Made by a program: the position numbers and the translations under genes. DNA of 64,000 bases from Magallana gigas. Taxonomy: Eukaryota. Below, piece after piece: positions 46,579 through 59,375 of the stretch. Under the pieces are notes generated by a model, which saw nothing but the letters and a program-made list of their open reading frames with translations, did not search any database and was not told the DNA's origin. Every line of letters starts with the position of its first letter. Within the stretch, counting starts at the first letter, position 1. Location: positions 53,196,001 to 53,260,000 of the forward strand of contig NC_088854.1 in assembly GCF_963853765.1 (NCBI RefSeq), written 5' to 3'.

Positions 46579-47455
46579 ATGGAGGAAGATGATGATTCTT
46601 TGCAAGATCTTGTTGCATACAGCAAGAACCGACCCCGATATATTCGAACAGTGTCATGGGAGTTCAAGAGTGAAAGAAAACAACCCAAAAGTAAGAAGAG
46701 GCATCAGAGCATGCCAGAGGGAGGGGCGGGGTGTGAGGAGGAAGTGAAAGATTCACCCTCCCCAGAGGAAGAAGAGGAATGGGATTCAGAAAGTTCATAC
46801 TACTCAACAGCTGAGGAAGATATCACAGAGACTTTAGAAGAGGACATTGAGGGAGTCAGTTTACAGGATGATTCCCCAAATGTCAGTCCTACTTACCATG
46901 CCCAAACCCGCTACAGGGCACCAAGCAAAAAACAGAAGCGGAAGAGACGGTGCAGGACTACGTATTGTGATCAAACTCTTCCATTTATGACAGGAGGATT
47001 CGACATAGAGGACGACATTCAACAAGTCGTGGCTGAAATCCAGGGCAAACAGTTCAGTGTGCTGAGAGAGGTCCCTAGCCTGGCCATGATGTGTATCAAA
47101 CTGTTGAGAGGAATCCGATTTCCTGCTGACTCAATGCCCCACTTAGTCAAGTCACACATCTATGGTGCCAATGCAGACCTGAAATTCAAGAAATTTCAAT
47201 ATGGCTGGCTTTTTAATTTACTGGCATTTGTGAATAAAGAAAAGATAGGTTTAGAAATAGGCAAGAAAATTTACAGACTTCCAATGTGCAGCGTATGGTA
47301 TCCATTACCATATTTACATAAGTCCTCTAGACAGTTTACAGATCATTACAACAAAAATAAAATCACACCCTGTCTGATGTACACTAGTGGACATACAGTA
47401 GAGGGCATAGACCACTATATCCTGAATCTATTTAGAATCATCTGGATATTATCAG
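46579..47455 (+). CDS. Gene 2, coding exon 1: acidic/basic disordered N-terminus plus BC-box/Cul2-box-like motif
   Basis: AACCAG|ATTATG; VPSLAMMCIKLL...MPHLVKSHI at 47071-47160; donor CAG|GTAAAA. Confidence 0.8.
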
Positions 47456-48030
47456 GTAAAAATTTACTTTTCATCACACTGGCAGATATAATTGTAGTTC
47501 TACTAAAATATCTAAAATTTATGCTTGCATTTCTTAAAAGAAGTTAACAAACTGTCTGCATGACAACAATATTTCAAATTACTTATCTAGTAGGTTTCTT
47601 TAATATTTTCATGCAACATGTTTTATATTACCAATGCATCGTAGGCTTTTCTTTTTCATTGTCAATTATTCAATCATGGTTCATTGAAATTTGTGACTAC
47701 TTATAACCAGTGCATATTCTACTTGAGACCTGAGTGTCATTTTTAACTTATTTTAATGCAAGAAGACAATACAATGAAGGTATATCATACCAAAAATCCA
47801 GGGTCTTGTTAAATTGGCTCTATGACTTCCAGTTACTGAATTTACATTAAAATTAACGTTATAGTCAAAAAGTCTAACAGAATTTCTTTTTCGAAAAGTT
47901 TTCATTAACTTGCATTCATGTTCACCCTAAATATTCATAATCCTATGGTGTAATAATTATGATTATAATTCAATGTTTGAAAGATGCTGTTATATTTTTG
48001 TGCCTTGAACGATCTATATTTTATGCGCAG

Positions 48031-48169
48031 TGCTAGGGCATATAATGGACTGCATGCTGCCATCACAGATTGCCATGGGGAAATATAAGAAGGATAAAAG
48101 TGAAGAAGATCAGATCAAAACAGCAACCAATAAGGCTGTGCAGTGGACGAAAACAGTCTTATCAAGGAG
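48031..48169 (+). CDS. Gene 2 exon (VLGHIMDCML...KTVLSRR)
   Basis: Canonical sites, phase 1 to 2. Confidence 0.75.
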
Positions 48170-48208
48170 GTATAACTACCGCCTTTTGTGAACAAGAACC
48201 ATGGCTTA

Positions 48209-48417
48209 CTGTAGATTCCTTATTTTATGCGAGTACTTAATTCCACGATTCAACGGTTTTCCATCAAATCGCAAGAACAAAATGCCAAAATTTTATCATA
48301 ATTTCACTTAGTTTACACATGTTCGAAAATTAAAAGCGAGATTTTAAAATTTGCAAGACGGGCTTCTCGTGATTTTACGCAGATATTAATTCCTCACATT
48401 TAATTAGGAATTTACAG
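48209..48417. mobile_element. Tc1/mariner-type MITE (~209 bp)
   Basis: TA|CTGTAGATTCCT ... AGGAATTTACAG|TA; a partial related end occurs at ~60300-60372. Confidence 0.7.
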
Positions 48418-48733
48418 TACTTAAGATAAATCAAATATAGATTTGTGTTTTTGATAAATATACATTGACTGTAAAAAAAATTTCTTGTAGAACTGAAGCT
48501 CTCATGGGAAAGAACGGAATTGGTTGACAGCACAGGCACTTATTTCTGTAACAAAAGTTCACCCTTTAGTAATTTTTTTTTACAATGGGGTTAATTTTAT
48601 TGCAGAAACAAGTGCCTTTGGTTGACAGATCATGAAACAAGCAGAAATTTGAGACAGATTCTTGATCTACAAATTTTCTAATTAGAAGACCATAAACCTG
48701 TAGTCTGTGAATTTAATTGCTTCTATTAATTAC

Positions 48734-51442
48734 TTTTTAGCTCACCGAGACGAAGTCAGGGGGAGCTTATGCTATACCCTCGGCGTCGGCGTCGGCGTCG
48801 GCGTCCGGACCTGGTTAAAGTTTTTGTTGCAGGTCCTGTATCTAAGCTATTACTTGTTCTATCTTCACCAAACTTGCATGGATGATGCATCTGGACCTAC
48901 TTATGGACTTGAAAGACTTGGATGCTGAATCTGAGTCCTTAATTTCAGATGCTGGAGGAGGTTAAGGTTGTTGGACCAGGTTAAAGTTTTTGTTGCAGGT
49001 GCCCTTTGATAGCAATATCTAAGTTACTGCTGGTCTGTACTTCACCAAACTTGCATGGATGGTGTGTCTTATGATACTGATGCACCAAACAGACTTGAGT
49101 GCTGAATCTGAGCTATAGGTTTCGGATGCTGGAGGAGGTTAAGGTTTTTGGAGCAGGTTAAAGTTTTTGTGCAGGTGCCCTTTGATAGCAATATCTAAGT
49201 TACTGCTGGTCTGTACTTCACCAAACTTGCATGGATGGTGTGTCTTATGATTCTGATGCACCAGGCAGGCTTGGGTGCTGAATCTGAGCTTTAGGTTACA
49301 GATGCTGAAGGAGGTTATATAAGGTTTTTAGAGCTGGTTAAAGTTTTTGTTGCAGGTGCCCTCTGATGATTATATCTTAGTTACTACTTGTCCTAACTTC
49401 ACCAGACTTCTATGGATGGTGCGTCTTATGATACTGATGCACCAGACAGGCTTGAATGCTGAATCTGAGCTTTAGGTTACAGATGCTGAAGGAGGTTAAG
49501 GTTTTTAGAGCTGGTTAAAGTTTTTGTTGCAGGTGCCGGTGCCCTCTGATGATTATATCTTAGTTACTACTTGTCCTAACTTCACCAGACTTCCATGGAT
49601 GGTGCGTCTTATGATACTGATGCACCTGACAGGCTTGAATGCGGAGTCTGAGCCATAGGGTTCAGATGCTGGATATGGTTAAGTTTTTTGGAACAGGTCA
49701 CATGTTTAATAGATAATAATACTATTTTAAACTTGCATAGTTGACTAAACTGTAATATGAATGAATCACAGAGGAAGCTTCAGATGCAGAGCTTGATCTC
49801 CATTATCAAGGATGCTAAAAAATATATCTTAGTTATTACAGGTCCTAACTTCACCAAACTTGAATGGATGATGTGTCTTATGATACAGATGCACCTGACA
49901 GGCATGGATGTTGAATTTGAGCCATAGGTTGCGGATGCTGGAGCAGGTTAAGTTTTAATTGCTAGTGCCCTCTGATGATGATATCTTAGTTATTACTGGT
50001 CTGAACTTAACCAAACTTGCATGGAGATGCGTCTTATGTATACTGATGCACCTGACAGGCTTGAATGCTGAATCTTAGCCATAGGTTTCGGATGCTGGAT
50101 GAGGTTTAGTATTTTTGGAACAGGTCATATGTTTTATAGATGATAGCTTGCATAGTTGATTTAACTATATTATAAATGAAATGCAGAGGTTGCTTCAGAT
50201 GCAGAGCCTGATCTCCATTATCAAGGATGCTAAAGAAATCTCCTACCTCACTTAAACCTGCTTGATAGATAGATGTGTTTGTTGATAAATGATATAACAT
50301 GATTCCTATGATATAGTATTGTATGGTATGAAACAATATTGTTTAATATGATACACAATAACATCATATGTAATATTATAAAAAGTTATATGATACGATA
50401 TGATATTGTATCAATTTTTTTGATAATTTACATTATGATATTGTATCATGATATCGTTATGTATAGTATTGTATATTATGATACAATATTGTATTATACT
50501 ATATTGTATTATTAATTTAATAATAATAATATTTTATCACATGATAATATTACATAAGATATTGCAAAATATAATATTGTATCATATGATACAATATTGC
50601 ATATTCTATAATATTGTATCATACGATATTGTATAATATGATATTAGTTTCTGTAATATAGAACTATATCACATGAAATTGTATAATATGATACTGTTAC
50701 ATTATATAATATCGTATCATACGATATTGTATGATATGATATTGGTTTATAATATGATATATTATCACATCACATAAAATTGTATTGTATGATATTGTAA
50801 AATATATTATTGTATCATATGATACAAAATGTATAATATAATATTGTATTGTATAATATTTTACTTTATCACATACTATTGTATCATTTGATATGATACA
50901 ATGATATACATATCAAATTATATTGTATCATATGATACAATATCATATTATGTATCAAAAATGATACAATATCATACTATATTTTACAATATAATATCAT
51001 ATGTTTCAATATTATGATGTTTTATGTAATATGATATTGTAATATAATACTATATTGTTTTATATATTATGATATTGTATTATGTGATCAAATAAAATAA
51101 CGTATAACACAATACAATGTCATATCATACGTTACAATATCATATCTCATCATTGTTTATTATGATATTTTATTGTATTATATCAATCATATATGTTGTA
51201 AATATGATAGGATGCAATATTTAATTTCATATTATTGTATTGATTAACATATGAACATATGATTATCATACAATTTTTTAACAGATGATATACGACATTG
51301 TGTCAAAACAGAATCCATGAATATCCAAGATCATAAAGTATGATTTTCATTTAATATGATAAAGGTGGTCTCATAAAGGTGAAGTCTCATAAGGGTGATG
51401 TCTCGTCTCGGTGAGCTTTGTAATCTGTGATTACCTATGTTT
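48734..51442 (+). mobile_element. HINE-like element with (GGCGTC)n, a ~177-bp tandem array (~7 copies) and a 1-kb AT-rich block
   Basis: 5' TTTTTAGCTCACCGAG and 3' CTCGGTGAGCT subTIRs; terminal hairpin GTAATC-TGT-GATTAC. Confidence 0.85.
50290..51300. repeat. Degenerate AT-rich low-complexity repeat (ATATGATAC/TATTGTAT motifs)
   Basis: Reiterated TATGATA, TATTGTA and ATATCAT motifs; extremely low GC. Confidence 0.85.
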
Positions 51443-51666
51443 ATAACATTGAATACATTACAAATTTTTATCGTAAATTAGTATGAAGTTTAATATGTAT
51501 TGAGAAGTACCATTAGTATGTTTTGGTTTGTTGCCAAAGAATTCGAATTTTTGTGAGCCACATCAAATCAATTTGTCATGGTGCATAAATGTAGTTTCAC
51601 AGGGATATTACCAGTATTTATCAATATGATAGACATTCAATTATACCTGTATGATTGTTATTGCAG

Positions 51667-51785
51667 ACTTCCAGATAGCGCAGACAGGTTTTTCGATTTG
51701 AGCCTTCCATATGTATTTTGGGCACGTGGGGACATCTCACATGCCACAGAATTATTTTGTCAACTCTCTCAGTCAGAAAAAAGAT
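51667..51785 (+). CDS. Gene 2 exon, TPR-like helix pair (YVFWARGDISHATELFCQL)
   Basis: TTGCAG| acceptor, T|GTAAGT donor; phase 2 to 1. Confidence 0.8.
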
Positions 51786-52411
51786 GTAAGTATTTGAAGG
51801 TCAAACGAGACACTCCTAAATAATATATACCGGTAATTTTTCTTGATATATTATTTCTTATTTATTAACATTTACTTAAATCAATTAATTCCCCCCAAAA
51901 GGCTTTAATGCTTTTGTTTTGTAATCACGTGAGCTATCCAATGTATTGACTTATGTCACGTTTTATCCTTAAGCTTAAAAAAAATATTCCTTAGAGATTA
52001 ATGGACATTTATCATAAAATAAATGATGACATTATTTTTTTATTTAAACATTTTTTAAATCAATTCATGTATTTTGACAAAATTGTTTACATCTTCATAA
52101 AAATAGCAGTCTGAAATCCTGAATTTTGATCTGTTATTGATAAAAATTGGATGAAGCAAAATCATTTGAATTTTACAATGAGAAAGACACAAAATGATTT
52201 GTAACTTTAGGGTAGTTTCTGAAAATTTCATGCACGTAGCAGCCAGTCAGAAAACAATATGTATCAGTTCTTGTGTTCGGTTGTACATTCAAGTTATTTG
52301 TTATTAGTCATGACTTTGGAAAGAAATAATATGGCTATTGTATTGTTTATATTTCAATACTACTTGTCATACAAATTGTTTATATCTTGTAAAATCTTCT
52401 ACCACTGGCAG

Positions 52412-52598
52412 GCAGGCACAAGGCCGTGTATTTGAATGAAGCCGGGAGAATGCATGCAATATCAGGGGAGACAATTACTGCTGCCAAATTCTATCGACTG
52501 GCTGCAGAGGCTGCCTTAAGCAAAGGCAAGAACCAACAGTACACCTCTGAGATGGAGGGCCAGGCAATGATGCTTTTAGCCAGCCTTAATGACCAGGG
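52412..52598 (+). CDS. Gene 2 exon, TPR-like (AVYLNEAGRMHAISGETITAAKFYRLA)
   Basis: Canonical sites; phase 1 to 2; small/aromatic residue spacing of a TPR. Confidence 0.82.
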
Positions 52599-52956
52599 GT
52601 GAGTACAGATCGATAGCTTAATATGCACGTTGCTTGTGTAAAGTGGATTAAATCCAAATTGTTGGAGACAGAAAAATCTTCTTGCATGGGGATAAATATG
52701 TTTAAAAAATCATTGAATATTATGTATAAAAGGCAGAAATTTTGAGTATATTACCAAATGGAAATAGATAAGAAAACCACAAAATATGCTTACAGTATTA
52801 CATATTGTGATTATTACCAAAATAATTCAAACATTAAAAGCTGTAAAACAATGTTTTTGCAGTTACAATATTTTGAGTCAGTATTGCTTTCCTAATGACA
52901 TGATCTTACATTGAGGTTGAGTTACAGTGCTTTGGTGTAATTGTTATGTTATGCAG

Positions 52957-53090
52957 AATCATGGCACACAAGGCCCGTTCTTCGTGGGCTGGATGGAAGG
53001 CAGTGTTTTCTTCCAACACCTTGGAATCTGAGGGTGCCGCTCTCCATGCTGTGGAAAGCTGGCTTTGTTTCCATGCAGGGTCATGGCAAG
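52957..53090 (+). CDS. Gene 2 exon (IMAHKARSSW...WLCFHAGSWQ)
   Basis: Canonical sites; phase 2 to 1. Confidence 0.78.
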
Positions 53091-53186
53091 GTAAATAATG
53101 TATGTCCCATCAGGAGAGTTTTCTAGTAAGATTCATTTTATCATTCCATAAGTATAAGACTCAAACTGTAAATGAAAAATTATTGA

Positions 53187-55917
53187 CAGCCATTCTCCAG
53201 AAATGGTTCCAATTATGATATAATGTTGTCGCCAGCATTCATCACAAAATTATTATTTGCCGTTTAATGTATTTGGCTGATACTTTTCTCAGGAGATATC
53301 TACAGTAAAAATTACAAATTTTGATACCAAACAATATGCATTTGAAGTGTCAAATAATGTCAAATTATTTCAATAAAAAATCGATTTGTGTATTTTTCAG
53401 CATGTCGCACTTGAATATTTCAATTTTACTACAATACTAAATAGCATTACGGTGATGAAAGAGACAATTAAAACTCATTTTTTATTTCAGCATCACATAG
53501 CGTGTTTTGTCAGTAAACACCTGATGATAACAATCTTTTCTTTCTTTTTTCCCCCCGATTTATATATTGTCGCTGAAACAGTCCTGATTTCCGTAACACG
53601 TGTTTGACTTAAAAGTAAGCGATGATATTCAAAACAATATCTATTGATATTATAGTAATTGAATGTCATAGGCATATTAAAAGAAAAATATATACAATTT
53701 ACAGTCGAAAATCTATGTGTTTTTTTAATCATCGATTATGAAATTGAAAATTGAGTTTGACGCATTTCAAGGCCTGACTTCCGTAACGCCATTTTCAACT
53801 AAATTCGTGGCATTTGAAAAACTTATTCATGATGCCTTTGGAGAACACAGTGTTCCAAAGCTATCTATCATCATCTGTAGAAAGATAATGTAATAGCATG
53901 GTACAGTGAGAGGAAAATTTACTAAAACCCCTGACCGGCGTAACGTATGACATCCGTAACAGTATTTTTAATCAGTGATATATGGCTCGGTTTTCCATCG
54001 ATAATAATTTGGATTGTTCAGCGAAACAGAACATGAGTTTAGAAAGTAAAGGAACTTTGATATTCTTAACTGAAGCAATTAATATTTTGATACAAAGTGC
54101 ATTTTTGAGAAAAATATGAGAGTGTGCTAAACTATCGAAAAAATATGAATCATTAAGTGTGGATTTATCTGTTTTAGTTTATTTTTATTTGCAAGAGATA
54201 TATCAGTTGCAGATTAAAACCAATTCACCTAAGACAATTTATCATTTGACAATATTTTTTAAATATTTGCTGCAGCGTTACGGATATCAGGGGAAAAAAA
54301 CAGATTTGGCATCTGTTCATTCCAGTGCTTCTGATGTATATTGTCCACGACGGATAATCTATTCTTATGTTTTAAAATCAACTAAGTGGTCATTTTTCAT
54401 GGAATATTAGCATAATATGCTATTTAAAGTTTACTCTATTGAAGTATAGTGCATCAAGCTTATTGTTTTCTACAACATGTGATTTGATAAAAAAAAATAT
54501 CAGGTGACCAAAATATATTTGGCTTTTCAAGGTTGTATTAATATGCATGCATGTTTATATCGAAATGGTATTATTCCCGGATCAGAATATTTGATACATA
54601 CTCTGTTCATGATTTTTTTTTCTAAACTTGATTAGTAACGGATGTCAGTTTTTTAAAGAACTAATACCCGAAACTTAAACTAGTAAGAGTTTATATATAC
54701 TTGCGAAAAACAGACCTTATTTAGTTGACTTATTAGTAACAATACATATACATATGTATATATATGCATTAATACGTTATATGCGTATATACATACAATG
54801 CAAAGCAGGCAAACATGGAGAAACATAAGTGAAAATCCGAAAAAGGTGAGATGTGGATTCAGTCAACCCATATTTTAATGGGGATAAGACCCCAGTTCCT
54901 CCACATAAAAAAGGAAGTTTAGGAAGAAATAACCAATAAATTTCACGACTATTTAAAACATCATAGGAGTAGATATTTGTGAAATGATAATCTCTGACAT
55001 CCGTAACGAACCATCCAAGTTTTTTATCAAATATAACAAGACAACTGATTTATATGTTTGACTTTTTACCGGTATATTTCATAATTGTGTTTGGTACATC
55101 CACCAGAGCATGCAAGTTTAATACAATTAGGTATTTCACTATTTTAGACAGATATTTCATGTCAACATTTTTAAATCTATGTAATGTTGATTACATACTA
55201 ATTAAAGGAAAGACATTTTTTAAAAAGCGTGCTTATTAAGTTAAAAATGTATTTTCTACAATGAATAACCTGTATTTGATTTTTATTCTCTAATATTTGG
55301 TTGTAAAATGTATTGGAAAAAATATTCTCCATGAAAAAGGTCATTTGCTAACTTCCGTAACTTTGGATCATTATCTTTAAAAATCCCTCTGACATCAATT
55401 TGTGATGTACAATTTCTCAACATCTCTATATCAATATTCTGTTGTTTCAATATTTTAATTAAAATCATTGAAAATATGAAATTGTTCCTAGTTTACATTA
55501 AAATTTGAATGAAAGACGATGCATTATTTTCTTTTTTATTGCTGAAAATAAAGATTTTCTTAAAATAAAGATATTTTTGAAAATATGTTCCCCTTTAATT
55601 TAAATTCTTCATGATTCTGTCAAATATGTCACTCGTATTCAATATGATATCAAACAAAGTGGCTAGTAATGTTTACTGTTATTGTACAGGCCAAGGATTA
55701 GTTGCATTAATTCACTTCTGACTTCCGTAACAGGGTTTTTAATATGGTCTTCAAAATCAAATATTTCGTGAACGAAGAAATTTTGGTGAGTCAAATTTCA
55801 TAATTATATCGGCGAATAGTTGTACTTCAATATTATTACAATTAAAACACGAATATCAAAAGTTCATTTTTCACTGAAAGCAGTCCCATATTTGGAACCA
55901 TTTCTGGAGAATGGCTG
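53187..55917. mobile_element. Non-autonomous TIR DNA transposon (2731 bp) with 4-bp TSD TTGA
   Basis: 26-bp perfect TIR CAGCCATTCTCCAGAAATGGTTCCAA; TTGA at 53183-53186 and 55918-55921; dispersed GAC(A/T)TCCGTAAC motifs; no ORF. Confidence 0.88.
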
Positions 55918-56056
55918 TTGAAAGAAAATTCAAATTCAGTGATTTTAAACCCCCTTACTTATTTTGCCAAACCTACATTCTCAGAGGGGCTAGAGCATAA
56001 TTTACAGTGAGCATAATCCATCTATCCAGTTATCTTTGCAATGATCCAATTTTTCC

Positions 56057-56093
<37 letters not shown>

Positions 56094-56489
56094 ATTCTGA
56101 TCACATTTTGTCCGTCGTCCGTCTGTCCGTCCGTCCGTCCGTCCGTGTTTACGAGAGTGCATGTATTGGGTTCTTTTTATACTTAATTGGTACTAATTGG
56201 GTACTTTTTTCTTATTGGGTATACCCAAGAGGAAGTGTCGCTTAATCTACTTAAAATGCCTTAATTGGGTACATGAAACTTAGTACCCAACAAAACTTAG
56301 ACACTGCGACTTGTCCAATAAAGTGTCTGAAAAAGTTGCTTCTATGGACGCACCATGTATTCGCTTCTATATCATACTTTCGGAACACTAAATTTAGCTA
56401 AGCTGCGGTCATAGTAACTCCCGAGAGTTCCGAAAAGCAACCTCCGTTAATCTTGTTCTTTCAAGCGTTTGATATCACACACAACAACA

Positions 56490-56534
56490 ATGGCGTCTGC
56501 AAGGCATAGTGAGCACGAGGTCAAGATCCAAAAA
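56490..56534 (+). other. First-exon-like segment MASARHSEHEVKIQK inside the insert
   Basis: ACAATGGCG Kozak context; AAA|GTAAGT donor; downstream partner exons not resolved. Confidence 0.45.
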
Positions 56535-58460
56535 GTAAGTTTCTTGATTTATTCACACTTTAAAAATAAGTCTTGCTTTGATACATTTTGTCAAACATAA
56601 GGATATTTTACTTTATTAATCAATTTTGAACTACATTCGGATAATTATAGTAATAAAAGGACTTATGTGTATTTCGAATTTCCTCTGTCTTGATCGTCTT
56701 AACATACATTGAATAGCGGATGCCCTTTTTATTGAAAGTAAATTCAATTCAAAAACACCATTGTCCTAGCCTCTGTTTTTTGCAAAGTTAAACCCGAACT
56801 TGCTGGACTTCACGGACGAGTGACCTGAGACAATAGACAATACAGTTAAACACTATAGAGAGGCCCAAGCTGAGGGGGTATACACAGCTGTCCTGTTAAA
56901 TGGGTGATTTGACACCTAATTACTGGTGCAATAATTTGATAAATAACAACTGTATTATCTCCTTGAAATTAGTTGGCTAATTGTACAAGCTAGATTAACA
57001 CTGAGACATCGTAAGGTTATCTAAAAAATAGAATTAACACAAAAGAATATATTTTATGGAGATAATTTGAAATTTCAACACCGAGGCATCTAAAACCATG
57101 ATTTGACTAAAGAAACATTTTAATAAAAAACTAGATGTGAAGTTTTCCTATTCTTTTCTAAGCTTTTAAGCTATCGTCAGATTAACCAGAATTTTCTCTG
57201 TTTCCCAAAAAACGTAACTACACTTCTTGAAGAATGCAGAAACTTAATTAATTCATAATAAAAGATTGCAATATTGTTTTGCAGATTTTAATGCCACTTG
57301 ATTTTTAAAAACCCTAAAATAACAATTTCAATATCCAAATTTCTGTGGTAAAAAGGGTTTAATAATTTTGCTATCAGTTGTCTACTTATTTTCTTTTGAT
57401 TGAGAAGTGGACAGGCATAGTCTACATTCATGCTATGCCTGTCTACTTCTCAAAAGAGGATATTGTCTACATTATACATGTCCTATGATTCATTCCTGGA
57501 TACAGATACAGATACTTTAAAACTAGTCAGACTGTTCTAAGGGATGAAAATAAATGTAAATCAATTTAAGAGAGAAAAAAAATGAAAATAAAATATTGAA
57601 TTAACAATTAATATGTGAATGCAAAAGCAAATCATTTTTTGTACAATAATATTGTTTCATTACAGATCTTGAGGTCACATTTGATTACGATGCAAAATTT
57701 TCCTTAAAATACGCTTGTTTCCAAGGATTAATGATTTATAATATTACCGCAAAAAAAGTGCCTCTTTCAAGGTTTTATAATATTTACCGCAGAGAAAAGT
57801 GCCCTTTTCACCATTATTTAACATGCCCTTTTCAAATCCTAGATTTAACACTATACCAGGCTATATATTAAAAACTATATTATTTATGAAAGTGAGAAAT
57901 CGTAAATGTGGATTATGAATTTTTATACTATGCTAACATCTTGTATATTTTTGACGATGAATACATTGTTGGGTAAAATAATATTAATAAATCGCTTGTC
58001 CAATTTTTTTGTTGGATATCGTGAATCAGTAAGTCCATTATAAGTATAAATATAGAGATATATTTGCATTTTTATTATGCACAGGTGGATCAACTACCAA
58101 GAGAACAAAAGATGTGCTAATTTTAAGGTAAGAGCATATAATGATACGTGCCACATTAAATATTTTACTTTCTGTAGTAAATTGAAGGTAAAGAACATGG
58201 CGGTAGTGTGTTGTGAGGACCAAGCTGCTATGATTGTTGGTATCTTACACTTGTAAATTCATGTGTATTTGTGTGTTTGCATTTTAAACTCTAGATTAAA
58301 TGGCCATAAAGAAACAAGAAGTTTGGTTTCTATGGTTAGAACACTGACAGGTGTACATCAAATAAATAGTGAATGTAACCTTGGCTTGAATTTAAGCAAA
58401 AGCATGACACAATGATCAAGCCTTATGAAATTTTTTTTAATCGATTTCCTTGTATTTCAG

Positions 58461-58529
58461 GAGATGCTGTAGCTCTTCTCCTGGATGGGGGTGTTTGGTG
58501 GCCAGGAGCATGTTCCTTGACGGAAAAAA
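58461..58529 (+). CDS. Exon-like segment GDAVALLLDGGVWWPGACSLTEK (gene 2 continuation or insert-borne)
   Basis: TTTCAG| and A|GTAAGT; phase 1 fits the donor after 53090, but the segment lies inside the insert. Confidence 0.5.
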
Positions 58530-59214
58530 GTAAGTGTATGTAATATTTTTTGTGCTTTTTTTCTTTTCTTAGAAACATCTTAATGCATGTTATCTTCAAG
58601 TGAAAAGCACATTAATTTGCTATTTCAAAAGTTTTGAGAAATGGATTCCTGTATTTAATTTTCTTAAGATTTCAGTGTGAATGCAGACAAAGGAAAAAAA
58701 ATTGTAATGAACATTTTTTTACTGCTTGCTTGTTTACACCATCATAATTATATTCCTTTGATGAACAGTTAGATGTAAACCGTTTGTTGTAAAGGTGTTT
58801 GAAAATTTGGTTTCTGGAACTTGATAAATTGGGAAAAAAGCACTTTTCAGTTGCAATTAATTGAATAAAACTTTCTTGTAGTGATAGAAGAAGAAGACAT
58901 ACAGGAAGATGAATAAGAGGGTACATCACTTCGAGGAAAGAAAACCTCCTCATCTAGTAAATATTTTTTCTTCATATCATACCACATGACTGATTTGAGT
59001 TAATCTATTAATTCAATTAACTTTTCTAATTTCAAACTCCATCCAAACAGGATATTATCAGTCAAACTTTGTGTGCAAAGTAATTAATTGTAAATGAGGC
59101 CAAGTGTGTGTTTCAGCCCTTGTTAAGATATGATTTGAGTTATTTTATTTTCTATCTTTATTTAATTAACATATTTTATGTGACGTACAAATTTGTTTCA
59201 TTGCAGCATGAATG

Positions 59215-59375
59215 AAATGGACGGAGGCTGAACTGGAGGAGGTTAAGGAATATTTCAGAGAATGTCTGATCTTGAACACCACTCCAGGAAGAATAACTTG
59301 CAATATGTGGATAGAGGAAAGCAGAGTTAATATAATAAGCTATGGGAAACTCTAAAGAAGAAAGTGTGGAGTCTG
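59215..59375 (+). pseudogene. Frameshifted Myb/SANT-like remnant (KWTEAELEEVKEYF...TTPG...//LWETLKKKVWSL)
   Basis: W-T-x-x-E, PG and W..LK.KV pattern split across two frames. It resembles C-terminal domains I recall from tyrosine-recombinase-associated repeat proteins. Confidence 0.45.

Noticed and set aside
48491-48670. Extra exon(s) of gene 2
   Set aside because: In-frame TGA or only weak GTTGAC donors; exons 48169 and 51667 already join in phase.
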